Positions 23,080 to 34,306 are shown, numbered from the stretch's first letter. The stretch: DNA of 64,000 nucleotides from an uncultured Eubacteriales bacterium (GCA_949288175.1 CASEIV010000003.1:24043-88042), one strand, 5' to 3'. Notes: generated by a model not told the origin, from the letters alone. A program made the numbers and translations.

Positions 23080-24640
23080 CTACTTTTTTTCAAATAATGT
23101 AAATTGATAACTACAATTTTGATATGCTATTTTATATTCTTTGGCTTCTATTATTGTATTCATGTTTTCTGTTGGTACTTCTTTATATATATTACTTCCT
23201 GCTGTTCCTACAACCCATACTCTTCCATGATAATCATTTAATACTTCATCATAACTATATACGGTTTCCATTGCTGGTGCATATGCTTTATATGCTTCTT
23301 CTACATCCCAATTCCATTGATTATAGAAATATTGTTTATTATCTGGAAAATATGAGGCTAATACTCCTCCGTACACCTATTTCGTTATATATGATAATAT
23401 CATCTTTTTGTATATTTTCTTCCATAAAACGCATAACTTCTTGGTTTGTTATATCATAATTATCTTTTATCGTATTATAGTTTCCAATAAAACTTAGAAT
23501 TAATATTACAGCACATAACATTCCTGTTATCCATTTTTTCTCTTCTTTTGCCATGAAAAAAGCAAAAACAAAAATATATAGCCCTGTCAATGTTAGCAAA
23601 TATCTTCCTACTAATATTGGACTTCCTATTAATGATATGATTAAAACTGCTACTATTACTGTTATATATATGATAATAGATATGATAGCTGGTAAAATTT
23701 CTTCTTTGTTTTTCTTTGCTTTATATATTCTGTATCCTATGTAAATATATAATAATATAGATACGATTAATGAAATAATTGCTGTGGCATTAATATTTGA
23801 ATCTGTTTGTACTCTAAATTGAAAACTTGGTACTTCTATTAAAGTGTTTAAATTTAACTGAATCCAAAATCCTCCACCTACACGTGTCATTTGTTCTATT
23901 AAAAACAGTAACCATGGAATATATAATATTATTTGAATAATTGCTACTATTATAAAATTTTTTAATGGTTTTGATATCTCTTTTTTATCTTTTATATCTA
24001 AATTTTTTTGTTTTTTGGCTTTTACTACATTTTTCATTAAAAATATAAATAATATCAAATTTATAAGCCCTGCTGTTGCTAGCGCATAATAATGCGTATA
24101 ACATGATAATATGCTAAATATAGCAAATATCATCAGGTTTTTGTTTTGATTTTTCATTGCATTTTTATCTTTTATGGATTTGTAAAATCTATATGCATAT
24201 ATAGCCATGATTGTTACTAACAAATATGCTAATGAGTACATTCTAATCTCTTGACTATATATACAGATGACTGGTAAGAAATATACTAAAAATGAAAATA
24301 GTATCCCTACCTTTTCTCCAAAATCTTTTCGTATATGTGTATATCCTAATACTCCTAAAATAGCAATCGCCAAAACAGAAAATAATCGGAAAGCAATGTT
24401 TTGATTTCCAAAAATCATCCATATAATATGTAACATCCAATAATATAGTGGTGGATGAACATCATGTCCTGTTATGTTCCATATTTCACTAAAACTATGT
24501 TTTTCAATAGATACAGAATAACTTTCATCAAACCAAATATTTTCATGAAAAGCTGATAAACTGATAAATATAATTCCTAATACAATAATTCCTATATGTA
24601 TATATTTATATTTTTTATTAATCTTTTTTAGTTGTTTCAT
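23080..24640 (-). CDS. GT-C fold glycosyltransferase, family 39/83-like (PMT_2 / ArnT-like), broken near 23371 by an extra C before GGA (ORFs 23339..24640 + 23080..23376)
   Basis: Multi-TM N-terminal region with DE motif WFDES. Deleting the C gives ...IIIYNEIGVGGVLASYFPDNKQYF... Confidence 0.6.
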
Positions 24641-24824
24641 ATTTTTTATTTCCTTTACTATTATTTACCAATCTGTTGGAATATAATCAAATTTTGGCAA
24701 TCATGTAATTTTATACAACCAAAATGATAATCATTTTTCAACAATAATAAGTGGAACATTATTATTGTCATGATTAAACAATATTGAAAACGTCCACTTA
24801 TATTTTTTATTTATTCTATTCATC

Positions 24825-26087
24825 TTAAACCAATTCTTTTTCTGTTTGTGCTTTGCTGTTAGAAACATCTGCTATTTTTATACTTCTTACATGTTCTATT
24901 TTTTCCCATGAAGTATTTCTGATAAATAAACATTTAAAGTTTATGCATATCCATGTTAATAAAAATAGTGGATAACAAAGTAATCCTTTTGCCATTGGTT
25001 TAATTTTTCTTCCATCTAACCACATTGCAAATATTCCTACAAGTATTGGCAAAATAAATGTTGGAACTAAATACATAATTAAATTCTTGATTAATTCTGC
25101 TGTTGTAATAGAAGCTGAATTATACATAATAAAGTTTGTTAACAATAATACAATTGTTATGATAAACATTGGTATACTTCCAACAATATATAGTAATCCA
25201 TCAAGATTCATCATTTTTTTGTTCTCTTTTGTTGCAATTGCCAATTCTTTTGTATATTTTTGTATACATTGAATATGTCCAACTGTCCATCTACTTCTTT
25301 GTGACCAACTTTGTCTAAATCCAGTAGGTTGTTCATCATATACGATAGCATCTGTTGCCCAACCTAATTTTTTACCTTTTATAATTCTCTTTAAAGAAAA
25401 TTCAATATCTTCTGTTAAAGTTTCTGTATCCCATCCTTGTGGTTTGATAACATCAAATCTTACCATAAAACCTGTACCATTTAATAATGGTGATAACCCA
25501 ATATTATATCTAGCTAAATGATAAAATCTATGCATTTGCCAATAAAAGATAGCATATCCTGCTGTTATCCAGTTATCAGATGGGTTTTTAATATCTCTGT
25601 AACCTTGTACAACATCTTCTCCTTGGCATAACTTTTTATTCATATTTTTTATAAAGTCTTTGTCAACAATATTATCTGCATCAAATACAAAGAAAGCATC
25701 ATATGGTGCATCTTCTGCAATTTTTTGTTGTAAAAACCAATTTAAAGCATATCCTTTTGTTTTTTTCGTTTCGTCAAATCTTTCATAAACAATTGCTCCG
25801 GCTTCTTTAGCTATTTTTGCCGTATTGTCTGTACAATTATCTGCAATCACATATATGTCATATAAATTTTTGTTATATGTCTGATTTTTTAAACTTTCAA
25901 TCAAATTTCCTACAACTGCTTCTTCATTGTGTGCTGGTATAATTGCCATAAAACGGTGATCTTTTTTTACTTTTAAAGGTTTATCCTTTAATTTTACTAA
26001 AGAACATAAACTAACAACAACTTGGTATAACCAAAATATTGTTACCGTCCATACTAAAGCTTCTCTTAGTATATATAAATAATCCAT
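24825..26087 (-). CDS. family 2 processive glycosyltransferase (PgaC / IcaA / cellulose-synthase-like) with TM helices
   Basis: D, DxD (DADN) and QxxRW (QRSRW) motifs. N- and C-terminal TM segments. Confidence 0.75.
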   Translation of the reverse strand: MDYLYILREALVWTVTIFWLYQVVVSLCSLVKLKDKPLKVKKDHRFMAIIPAHNEEAVVGNLIESLKNQTYNKNLYDIYVIADNCTDNTAKIAKEAGAIVYERFDETKKTKGYALNWFLQQKIAEDAPYDAFFVFDADNIVDKDFIKNMNKKLCQGEDVVQGYRDIKNPSDNWITAGYAIFYWQMHRFYHLARYNIGLSPLLNGTGFMVRFDVIKPQGWDTETLTEDIEFSLKRIIKGKKLGWATDAIVYDEQPTGFRQSWSQRSRWTVGHIQCIQKYTKELAIATKENKKMMNLDGLLYIVGSIPMFIITIVLLLTNFIMYNSASITTAELIKNLIMYLVPTFILPILVGIFAMWLDGRKIKPMAKGLLCYPLFLLTWICINFKCLFIRNTSWEKIEHVRSIKIADVSNSKAQTEKELV

Positions 26088-26205
26088 TTTTTTACCTCTC
26101 TTTTAATATACTTTCTATATATTATTATACTACCTTTTATATTATACTATTATTAGAAAAATATTGCAACTTTTTTAGTAAAATTTAATATAATTTTAAT
26201 AAATT

Positions 26206-27717
26206 TTAATAAATTTCTCCTCGCATGTTTTCAGCATCTTGCTCTATATCTTGTTCTATATTTTCTTGAAATTCTTCTTTACTAATATTTTCTTCTTTGT
26301 TATTCCATTCTCTTTCTACTCTTTCTCTGATCTCTCTTTCCGTAAACTTATCACTGATTTCTCCATTTTGCATTAATTTTGCAACAATCTCGTCTGTATG
26401 ACTATGTGACACTGTGTTAGGTTTTCCATCTATATCTTCTACTTGTAAATCTTCACATGGTTCTCCTTTTGCGTTTTCATGTTGCTTTGCCTCTTGATAA
26501 GATTCCTCTACTGACCTATATCCATCTTGATATTTTTGTGCCAGTTTTTGTGTAGCCTGATTTGTCCCTTCTATCGGGTTTTTAGAATCTGTCGTTTCTA
26601 ATTGTCTATCTAAACTTTTGTTACCCTCAACACCTTTTCCGCCTATTGTTTTATCATGAGAATGATATACTTCTATTTCTCCATATTGTCCATTTTCTAT
26701 TCCTATCGTTTCTTGTCCTTTAATCTGTAATCTTGTTATTACATCGCCTTTCGTAACTTCTTGATTTTTATTTTGTTTTATTTGATAATTATTTTCTATT
26801 GGGTTTGTACCCTCTTGTGTATCATTTTCCAAATTTAAAGCTCTAACATTTCCATTTTTATCAATGCTTACGGCTTCATATCTTGAGGAATGTCCTTGTA
26901 ATCTTTTTCCATTTTCATCTTTTAATTTTTTTAAGTCATCTGATTCAACAAATGCTAATTTTCCTTCTTTTTCTTCTCCTTTTATTTTTCCTGCTTCTTC
27001 TAATCGTTTTCCTATTGTATCCATATCTGTTGCCATCGTATTCATGTCTACTTCTTGTTTGATATTGATATCTTTTACTGTATTTTGTATTTTTTCTCGT
27101 TTTGCCTTTATTTGCTTTTCTATTTCATTATTTCGTTCCTTTATTTGTTGCTCTTTCTTTTTTTGTAATTCTTCAAATTGTCTTGCTTTTTCTTGTTTCT
27201 TTTCTTGTCCTATACTTTTTTGATATCCCATTTGTTGCTCATAAATATTTCTATTTCTCGTTTTTTCATTAATAGATTCTCTTTCTTTTTCTTGCTCTTT
27301 TCTCTTTTTGGTTCTTTCAATTACTTGAACAATCTGATCTTTTATCTGGTCTGAAAGTTGGTTTTCTAATGTATTTTCTCTAAATATAATTAAATTTTCT
27401 CCCATAATTTTGGGATTATATCCTCCAATAATCGTATTTCCTAAAAAATAAATATATCCATTTTCTTCTTTTTGGACTGACAATTCTTCTTCTTTTCCAT
27501 TAACATATACTGTTCCTATAACATTTCTTTCTTGATGAACAATATTAATCGATTTCATAAAATCTTCATGTCGTTTATCTTCATTATGAATATTGGTATT
27601 CATTGTCATTTTTTTATTAAATTCTTGATGTTGTTTATTTTTCGCATTTCTTTTTATATATATGTATATTATTATTCCTAATAAAATAATGAATATTACA
27701 AAAAATATTAGTTTCAT
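26206..27717 (-). CDS. membrane-anchored K/E-rich coiled-coil protein, hypothetical
   Basis: N-terminal TM helix and a long charged coiled-coil region. Confidence 0.4.
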   Translation of the reverse strand: MKLIFFVIFIILLGIIIYIYIKRNAKNKQHQEFNKKMTMNTNIHNEDKRHEDFMKSINIVHQERNVIGTVYVNGKEEELSVQKEENGYIYFLGNTIIGGYNPKIMGENLIIFRENTLENQLSDQIKDQIVQVIERTKKRKEQEKERESINEKTRNRNIYEQQMGYQKSIGQEKKQEKARQFEELQKKKEQQIKERNNEIEKQIKAKREKIQNTVKDINIKQEVDMNTMATDMDTIGKRLEEAGKIKGEEKEGKLAFVESDDLKKLKDENGKRLQGHSSRYEAVSIDKNGNVRALNLENDTQEGTNPIENNYQIKQNKNQEVTKGDVITRLQIKGQETIGIENGQYGEIEVYHSHDKTIGGKGVEGNKSLDRQLETTDSKNPIEGTNQATQKLAQKYQDGYRSVEESYQEAKQHENAKGEPCEDLQVEDIDGKPNTVSHSHTDEIVAKLMQNGEISDKFTEREIRERVEREWNNKEENISKEEFQENIEQDIEQDAENMRGEIY

Positions 27718-27942
27718 TTATATACCTCCAAATTTTATTAAAATGATTATAATATAAATTACTTTTTCCTTCAATAATTTAAGAAAATTTTAATTTACTA
27801 TTTTTATCCTTTATGCTATAATAAAAGATAGGTATTGACCTTGTTATATATAGAAAAAATCTTATATAATCAAGATAAAAGTAGATTTTTTCTATCCAAT
27901 AACAAAAACTCTCAATAAATCATAAACTGTAAAGGGGTTTTT

Positions 27943-28482
27943 ATGAAAAAAGAAATAAAAGAATATAATTCCATAAATAATAAAGAATTTTTAAACATTA
28001 TTGAAGAATTGGTAAATAATAAAACTGTACAAGAAATGAAAAAATATAGACAACATTATGAAACCAGCTGTTTTGACCATTGTTATATGGTTTCTTATTA
28101 TTGTTATTTAATATGCAAAAAATACCATTTAGATTATGTATCTGCTACAAGAGCAGCTATGTTACATGACTTATTTTTGTATGATTGGCGTGTTCGTCAA
28201 CCTGAAAGAAAAGGATTACATGCTTTTACTCATGGAAAAACAGCTTGTGACAATGCAAGTCAATTATTTGATTTGAACCAAAAAGAAAAAGATATGATTC
28301 TTACACATATGTGGCCTGTAACCATGCAATTCCCTAAATCATTAGAAGGTCTGATACTAACTTTTGTTGACAAATACTGTGCTATGTCTGAAACTTTTGA
28401 AGTATTAAAATCTAGAATGTTTATGAAAAAAGCCTTCCGATATGCTTATGTGTTTTTTAGTTTTTTAATGATACGATTTTAA
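27943..28482 (+). CDS. HD-domain phosphohydrolase family protein
   Basis: H...HD motif (AAMLHDLF). Confidence 0.55.
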   Translation: MKKEIKEYNSINNKEFLNIIEELVNNKTVQEMKKYRQHYETSCFDHCYMVSYYCYLICKKYHLDYVSATRAAMLHDLFLYDWRVRQPERKGLHAFTHGKTACDNASQLFDLNQKEKDMILTHMWPVTMQFPKSLEGLILTFVDKYCAMSETFEVLKSRMFMKKAFRYAYVFFSFLMIRF

Positions 28483-28570
28483 AATTTATTCTATGATTGC
28501 TATATCAGTTCAGGTTTTTGTTTTACTTTAAGTTGTATAACACTCAAAGTTTCATATGATTTCTTATACA

Positions 28571-28602
28571 AAAAACGTTTCTAGATAAGAAACGTTTTTT
28601 GT
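28571..28602 (+). terminator. rho-independent terminator after the HD gene
   Basis: aaacgtttctagataagaaacgtttttt. Confidence 0.65.
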
Positions 28603-28711
28603 GAATTTATTAAACTTTTGATTTTCTATTCTCTTTTTGCTATTTTTGTAATATAATGGCAATGTATAAGAAATATAAATATATTTCTTATCTACTATTT
28701 AAGAAAATCAG

Positions 28712-29599
28712 GTGATTTTTATGAAAAAAATTTTATTTAAAGGCTGTGGAACAGCTATCAGTACACCTTTTGATGAAAATGGTGTCAATCTTAAAGAATT
28801 TGAAAGGCTTATTAATTTTCAAATTGAAAATGGCGTAGATGCTATTATCGTGTGTGGAACAACAGGAGAATCTTCTACTATGACAGAAGAAGAAAAAGAT
28901 GCTACCATTTCTTGTGCTGTCAAAACAGCTAATGGAAGAGTACCAATTATCGCAGGTACTGGTGGTAATAACACAATGAAGGTTATTGAAAACTCTAAAA
29001 AAGCAGAAGCTTTAGGTGTTGATGGACTTTTAATCGTTACCCCTTATTACAACAAATGTACACAAAAAGGATTAGTTGAACATTACAAAGTAATTGCTGA
29101 AAGTGTATCTTTACCAATTATCTTATATAGTGTACCAAGTAGAACTGGTGTCAATATTTTACCAGAAACTTGTTTAGAATTGTCCAAAATAGATAATATT
29201 GTTGCTATTAAAGAAGCAAGCGGCAATTTATCACAAGTTGCTGAAATTGCACATTTATGTGGAGATAATTTACATATTTATTCAGGAAATGATGATCAAA
29301 TATTACCAGTATTATCATTAGGCGGACTTGGTGTGATATCTGTTTTATCAAATGTAAAACCACAATATACACATGACATGGTTCAAAACTTTTTTGATGG
29401 TAATATCGAAAAAGCTACAAAAATGCAATTAGATGCTTTACCTTTAGTAAAAGCTTTATTCTCAGAAGTCAACCCTATTCCAGTTAAAGCTGCTTTAAAT
29501 CATATTGGCTATCACTATGGAATTCCTAGATTACCACTTACTAAAATGAGTAGTGATAAAGAACAAAAATTAATTGAAGAATTAGATAAATTGGGTTAA
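28712..29599 (+). CDS. dapA: 4-hydroxy-tetrahydrodipicolinate synthase (start likely MKKILF at ~28721)
   Basis: DapA family similarity over the full length; GTTGE motif. Confidence 0.9.
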   Translation: MIFMKKILFKGCGTAISTPFDENGVNLKEFERLINFQIENGVDAIIVCGTTGESSTMTEEEKDATISCAVKTANGRVPIIAGTGGNNTMKVIENSKKAEALGVDGLLIVTPYYNKCTQKGLVEHYKVIAESVSLPIILYSVPSRTGVNILPETCLELSKIDNIVAIKEASGNLSQVAEIAHLCGDNLHIYSGNDDQILPVLSLGGLGVISVLSNVKPQYTHDMVQNFFDGNIEKATKMQLDALPLVKALFSEVNPIPVKAALNHIGYHYGIPRLPLTKMSSDKEQKLIEELDKLG

Positions 29600-29738
29600 T
29601 AAAATATATGAATAAAATGTATAAATAAAATATACAAATAAAATGAATGAATTTTAAAATACTATAAACAACAAATATATAGTAAAAATACAAATTAAAA
29701 AACATAACATTAAATTTTATAAAATATGGAGGTATCAA

Positions 29739-30488
29739 ATGTTAAACGTATTTGTAAATGGTTGTAATGGAAAAATGGGAAATGTTGTATGTAGTTTAGT
29801 AGAAGAAAATGAAAACATGCAAGTTATTGGTGGATTTGACAAAGTAAGTTATTCTGATTCTAAATTTCCAATTTTTACAGAGATAGAAAATATTGATGTA
29901 AAACCAGATGTCATCATCGACTTCTCTCTTCCTGTTGCAACATTAAATATATTAGATTATGCAAAAACAAATCAAATACCAATGGTTATTGCAACAACTG
30001 GATTTACAGATGAAGAAACAAAAATAATTGAAGAAACCAGTAAAACAATTCCTATCTTTAAATCTGCTAATATGTCTTTTGACATTATGCTTATGAAAAA
30101 AGTTGTTTCTTGGCTTGCACCACTTTTAAAAAATACAGATATTGAAATTATTGAAGCACATCACAATAGAAAAGTGGATAGTCCAAGTGGTACTGCACAA
30201 ATGTTAGCAGATAGTATTAATGAATCTTTAGGAAATACGCTTCATTGCGAATATAACAGACATGATAAACATGAAAAAAGAGATAAAAACGAAATTGGTA
30301 TGTCTTCTATCAGAGGTGGAAATATTGTTGGAGAACACTCTGTTCAATTCATCGGAAATTTTGAAACTTTTGAAATTAAACATACTAGCTATTCTAGAAA
30401 TGTATTTGCAGAAGGTGCTTTAAGAGCTGCTGAGTTTATTGTTGATGAACAACCTGGTATGTATGCTATGGAAGATATGTTTGATTAA
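29739..30488 (+). CDS. dapB: 4-hydroxy-tetrahydrodipicolinate reductase
   Basis: NAD-binding GxxGxxG and EAHHxxKxDxPSGTA motif. Confidence 0.9.
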   Translation: MLNVFVNGCNGKMGNVVCSLVEENENMQVIGGFDKVSYSDSKFPIFTEIENIDVKPDVIIDFSLPVATLNILDYAKTNQIPMVIATTGFTDEETKIIEETSKTIPIFKSANMSFDIMLMKKVVSWLAPLLKNTDIEIIEAHHNRKVDSPSGTAQMLADSINESLGNTLHCEYNRHDKHEKRDKNEIGMSSIRGGNIVGEHSVQFIGNFETFEIKHTSYSRNVFAEGALRAAEFIVDEQPGMYAMEDMFD

Positions 30489-30523
30489 TTTGGGTCCGTT
30501 GGGGATACATTTGGGTCTTTACG

Positions 30524-30566
30524 ATAAAACCAGAAAATCCTTTTACAAGATTTTCTGGTTTTCATT
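30524..30566 (+). terminator. rho-independent terminator of dapB
   Basis: aaaaccagaaaatcc ttttacaag attttctggtttt. Confidence 0.7.
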
Positions 30567-30612
30567 ATACACTAAGATAAGTTTATATAATCACACTTCT
30601 TATTTCTATAAA

Positions 30613-32100
30613 TTATTTTTCTACTGTCTTCCATTCCGTACCATCCCATGTTGTTTTTACATCTAATGTTGGGAAATCATTTTCATGATATATCCACTTA
30701 GCCCAACTTGTTGTATCAATATTAGAACCGTTTCCTCCTGTTTCAATAAATGTATTTAATTCATCCACAAATTCTTTTGATTTCATTTTTTGTTCATCAC
30801 ATATGATAACATATTCATTTATTTCTGAATTTGTATCCTGTAGCAAATGAAAACAATTTTTAACTTTAGAAATTGCCTTTGGTATCATCTTGCTATTTTC
30901 TCCATAATCTATTATATTTAATAATTCTGCATTTGTATCATTATAAACATCACTAATAATTCCTAAGTTTGCTTTTCCAACATTAAAACAATTATATATT
31001 TTACAATTATTGCTCCAATCCCATGCTAAAATTCCTGCATTGTTTCCTCCTGTCATAGTGCCATAATTCGCACAATTAATGAACTTGCTACCATCATTAT
31101 ATTCTACTCCTGATATTCCAGCAACTCTAGAAGATTTTGCTCCTTCTACATTTGCATAATTAACACAATTTATAAAAGTTGAGCCTCTACTCCAAGCAGT
31201 AATTCCTCCAGCTTGAACAAGTGTACTTGATGAATCATTTCTAACACTTATTTTTCCTTTTACTGCTATATTTTTTATTTCTGCATTCCAACATGCTCCA
31301 AATATCCCCGCTTTCTTATCCCTATCTATATACAAATTTGATATAGTATAATAATTGCCATCAAAATGTCCTCTAAATGTATCATCTCGCCCATTTACAT
31401 TTGTACCAATTGGACAAAATCCTTCTTCTGTTGTTAATATTTCTTTCAATTCCTCTATCGAATTACAACTTGGTATGTTTCCTTCTATGGTAATTTGTCC
31501 ATTAATATATGATAAATCTGATTTAAAATCTAAGTTTTTTGTCAACACAATATATTTATTTTGATATGTTGTTCCTTTATTACAAGAATTAGAAAGTGCG
31601 CATAAATCTTCTATACAATTAATTTGGTAAGCATCTTCTTTAGAACTACCTGATAATTGATTTCCATTTTCATCTTTTGTGATATCTCCTGGATAGTTAT
31701 CTTTCGCCCTATCAGCTATTACTGGTCCATTTACTATTCCCTCTAAATCCACTGTATAATATCGATTCGTTTCTGTAAAATAAACATATAATATGTCTTC
31801 TCCATGCAATACCTCTGTTTTTCCTTCGCCTGTATAATTATCTAATTCATTTTGTAAATCTTCTTTAGTTATATTCCCATATTTACTTTTTCCCATGGTT
31901 TGCACAATACATGTATCCACAATTTCTTTTTCATTATCTATTTCAGTCTGTTCTTTTGCTCTACTAGCATTTCCTATAATTCCGTTATCTCCTGTGATAG
32001 CACTTATCGTAATTCCTGCTAAAATTAATAATATTATAATTGTAATAACTAATGCTAATAATGTGATTCCTTTGTTTCTTTTAAATTCTTTTGTTATCAT
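30613..32100 (-). CDS. surface protein with GLUG-motif beta-helix repeats and an N-terminal hydrophobic anchor
   Basis: FRGHFDGNYYTISNLYI and repeated GxISGV / GGIxA motifs typical of GLUG repeats. N-terminal KGITLLALVITIIILLILAGI. Confidence 0.5.
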   Translation of the reverse strand: MITKEFKRNKGITLLALVITIIILLILAGITISAITGDNGIIGNASRAKEQTEIDNEKEIVDTCIVQTMGKSKYGNITKEDLQNELDNYTGEGKTEVLHGEDILYVYFTETNRYYTVDLEGIVNGPVIADRAKDNYPGDITKDENGNQLSGSSKEDAYQINCIEDLCALSNSCNKGTTYQNKYIVLTKNLDFKSDLSYINGQITIEGNIPSCNSIEELKEILTTEEGFCPIGTNVNGRDDTFRGHFDGNYYTISNLYIDRDKKAGIFGACWNAEIKNIAVKGKISVRNDSSSTLVQAGGITAWSRGSTFINCVNYANVEGAKSSRVAGISGVEYNDGSKFINCANYGTMTGGNNAGILAWDWSNNCKIYNCFNVGKANLGIISDVYNDTNAELLNIIDYGENSKMIPKAISKVKNCFHLLQDTNSEINEYVIICDEQKMKSKEFVDELNTFIETGGNGSNIDTTSWAKWIYHENDFPTLDVKTTWDGTEWKTVEK

Positions 32101-32657
32101 CTTTTTCTTATTTACACTTTCCTTTCATTTAGACATTTTTAAAAACTTTTCTTAAAAAGCTTATCAGTAAATAATAATAATGTCAATAAAAAAAGAGATT
32201 TTTTATATTCTATAATATAACTGTAAACACAGAAAATAGACATTTTGCATCATCTATCCCCTATAATCTAACAAAATACTAGCTAAAGTTATTGATATAT
32301 AATATAACTCTTCACTCTCTCAGGAAATTTTTTATAATACTTGAACTTTATAAATATTCATGATATAGTGTTAACATAAGATTTTTGGTTGTACTTTTTA
32401 TTTTTAAATTATATTTTTATATCCATTTTTTATCTAAAAAAAGTATTTATATTCAGATTATTTAATGAAAACTATTATTTTATCTTATCATTTTTTATCA
32501 AAACTTTAACTCCCTATATTTATAGTTAATAATTATTTAATCACTATATTACATTTTATTCTATTTTTTCACTTTTTTATCTTATATTTTCATGTAATTA
32601 AAACCTATGATAAAAGTCTTTTAAGAATTTAAAATTTTATCAAATAAAATTTTTGTA

Positions 32658-33587
32658 TTGTATAACCAAAAAAATTTTGTTACAATGAAAGGAAAATATT
32701 TATTGAATCAATTAAAAAATTTAAAAGAAGTAGACATGCTACCATTATCAAATGATTATGTCTTTAAAAGAATCTTTGGAAAAGGTGGAAACGAGAAAAT
32801 TCTAAAAAGTCTTTTAGAGGCAATATTAAAAATGAATATACAAAAGATAGAAGTTAAAAATCCAGAGATACCAAAAGAAACTATTGATGAAAAACTAAGT
32901 ATTTTAGATATCAAAGCAGAAATTAATGAAGATACGATTATTGATATTGAAATGCAAGTGGGAAATACAACAGCAATGGATAGAAGATTGGTTGTATATA
33001 ATGCAAAATTAATCTCAGGAGATATCAAAATATCAGAGGAATATAAAGATGCAAAAGATACAATAGTTATATGTATCGTAAATGATTCGATTACAAAACG
33101 AAATTCCTATTTAAATTTAGCAATGTTAAAATATGAAGAAACAGAAGAAATAAGATATGTAGATATGGGGTACAAAGAAGAAGAACCATATTTAACAAAA
33201 ATGTGTAAATATTATATAATCGAATTATCAAAGTTTAGGAAGAAGAAACCAAAAGTAGCAGATTTACTAGAAAAATGGTTGTATGTAATTGGGGGCGATC
33301 AAAAAATGATAGAAGAATGTAAAAATGATAATGAAGAAATCAAAGAAGCAGTAAAACAACTTACAGAAATGAGTGCAGATGAATACGAAAGAGAATTATA
33401 TGAAATTAGAGAAAGAAGCAGACTAACATATAATACAGAAATAAATGAAGCAAAAAGAAAAGGGTTAGCTGAAGGAAAAATTGAAGAAAAAAGAGAAATT
33501 GCAAAAAAAATGAAAGAAGAAGGCCTAGATATAAAACTAATTCAAAAAATAACCAATTTGTCGAAAGAAGAAATTGCGTTATTATAA
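32658..33587 (+). CDS. Rpn/YhgA-like recombination-promoting nuclease / putative transposase (TIGR01784 / PD-(D/E)XK family)
   Basis: N-terminal LPLSNDYVFKRIFG...LLEAIL, conserved acidic residues (IIDIEMQ), C-terminal repeats. Confidence 0.65.
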   Translation: MYNQKNFVTMKGKYLLNQLKNLKEVDMLPLSNDYVFKRIFGKGGNEKILKSLLEAILKMNIQKIEVKNPEIPKETIDEKLSILDIKAEINEDTIIDIEMQVGNTTAMDRRLVVYNAKLISGDIKISEEYKDAKDTIVICIVNDSITKRNSYLNLAMLKYEETEEIRYVDMGYKEEEPYLTKMCKYYIIELSKFRKKKPKVADLLEKWLYVIGGDQKMIEECKNDNEEIKEAVKQLTEMSADEYERELYEIRERSRLTYNTEINEAKRKGLAEGKIEEKREIAKKMKEEGLDIKLIQKITNLSKEEIALL

Positions 33588-33589
33588 AC

Positions 33590-33620
33590 AAAAAAGATGA
33601 GACGAACTCATCTTTTTTTA
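33590..33620. terminator. bidirectional terminator between the rpn-like gene and rplS
   Basis: aaaaaagatgagacgaactcatctttttt. Confidence 0.7.
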
Positions 33621-34262
33621 TTACGCTTTTTTATCTTCTTCAATTGCTGGTTTTTCTTCAGCTTTTTTAGAATCTTCTTTTACTTCTTCTTTAGCTGGTT
33701 CTTCAGCTTTAGCTTCTTCTACTTTTTCAGCTTTTTCTTCTTTTTTAGGTTCTTCTACTTCTTTAACCTCTTCAACAACTTCTTCAGAAACTGTATCAAC
33801 TGTTTCTTGAACAGCTACATTTTCTGTTTCAACAGCTGGTGCTTCTTCTGGAGCTTCCTCTACTGCTGGTTCCTCTACTAAGTCTTCTTTGATAGTAATT
33901 TCTCTATCTTCAATTCTTGCTCCAACTTGTTCCTTAGTCTTAGCAGCTTTACCTACTCTGTCTCTTAGGTAGTATAATTTTGCTCTTCTTGCTTTACCTA
34001 CTCTTACTAATTCTACTTTTTCAACTAATGGAGAGTGTACTAAAAATGTTTTTTCAACACCTACACCATAAGAATTTTTTCTTACTGTAAATGTTTGGTT
34101 AACGCCTCCACCTTGTACTTTTATAATGATTCCTTCAAAAACTTGGATTCTTTCTTTGTTTCCTTCTTTTATTCTTACGTGTACTCTTACTGTATTACCA
34201 ACTTTTAATTCTGGTATCTTATTTTTCAATTGTTCATGTTCAATTGATTTTATAATATCCAT
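33621..34262 (-). CDS. rplS: 50S ribosomal protein L19 with an unusual ~95 aa acidic E/K/A/V/P-rich C-terminal extension
   Basis: N-terminal 115 aa is canonical L19 (...[16 protein letters not shown]). The ORF then continues 95 aa with no stop. Confidence 0.85.
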   Translation of the reverse strand: MDIIKSIEHEQLKNKIPELKVGNTVRVHVRIKEGNKERIQVFEGIIIKVQGGGVNQTFTVRKNSYGVGVEKTFLVHSPLVEKVELVRVGKARRAKLYYLRDRVGKAAKTKEQVGARIEDREITIKEDLVEEPAVEEAPEEAPAVETENVAVQETVDTVSEEVVEEVKEVEEPKKEEKAEKVEEAKAEEPAKEEVKEDSKKAEEKPAIEEDKKA

Positions 34263-34306
34263 TTTAGAATTTCCTCCTTTTCTTTATTATTGTCAGGGGA
34301 CACCCC

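Noticed and set aside
28603-28711. Lysine riboswitch upstream of dapA
   Set aside because: The spacer is only ~110 nt, too short for an L-box, and no L-box core motifs were seen. It contains a terminator and a promoter only.
30613-32100. N-terminus of the GLUG protein as a type IV prepilin signal
   Set aside because: It lacks the G-(F/M)-(T/S)-L-(I/L)-E consensus, with no Glu at +5. It is more likely a simple signal anchor.
33597-33881. +strand 94 aa F-rich ORF
   Set aside because: It is the antisense shadow of the rplS low-complexity acidic extension (GAA/AAG repeats read as TTC/CTT).
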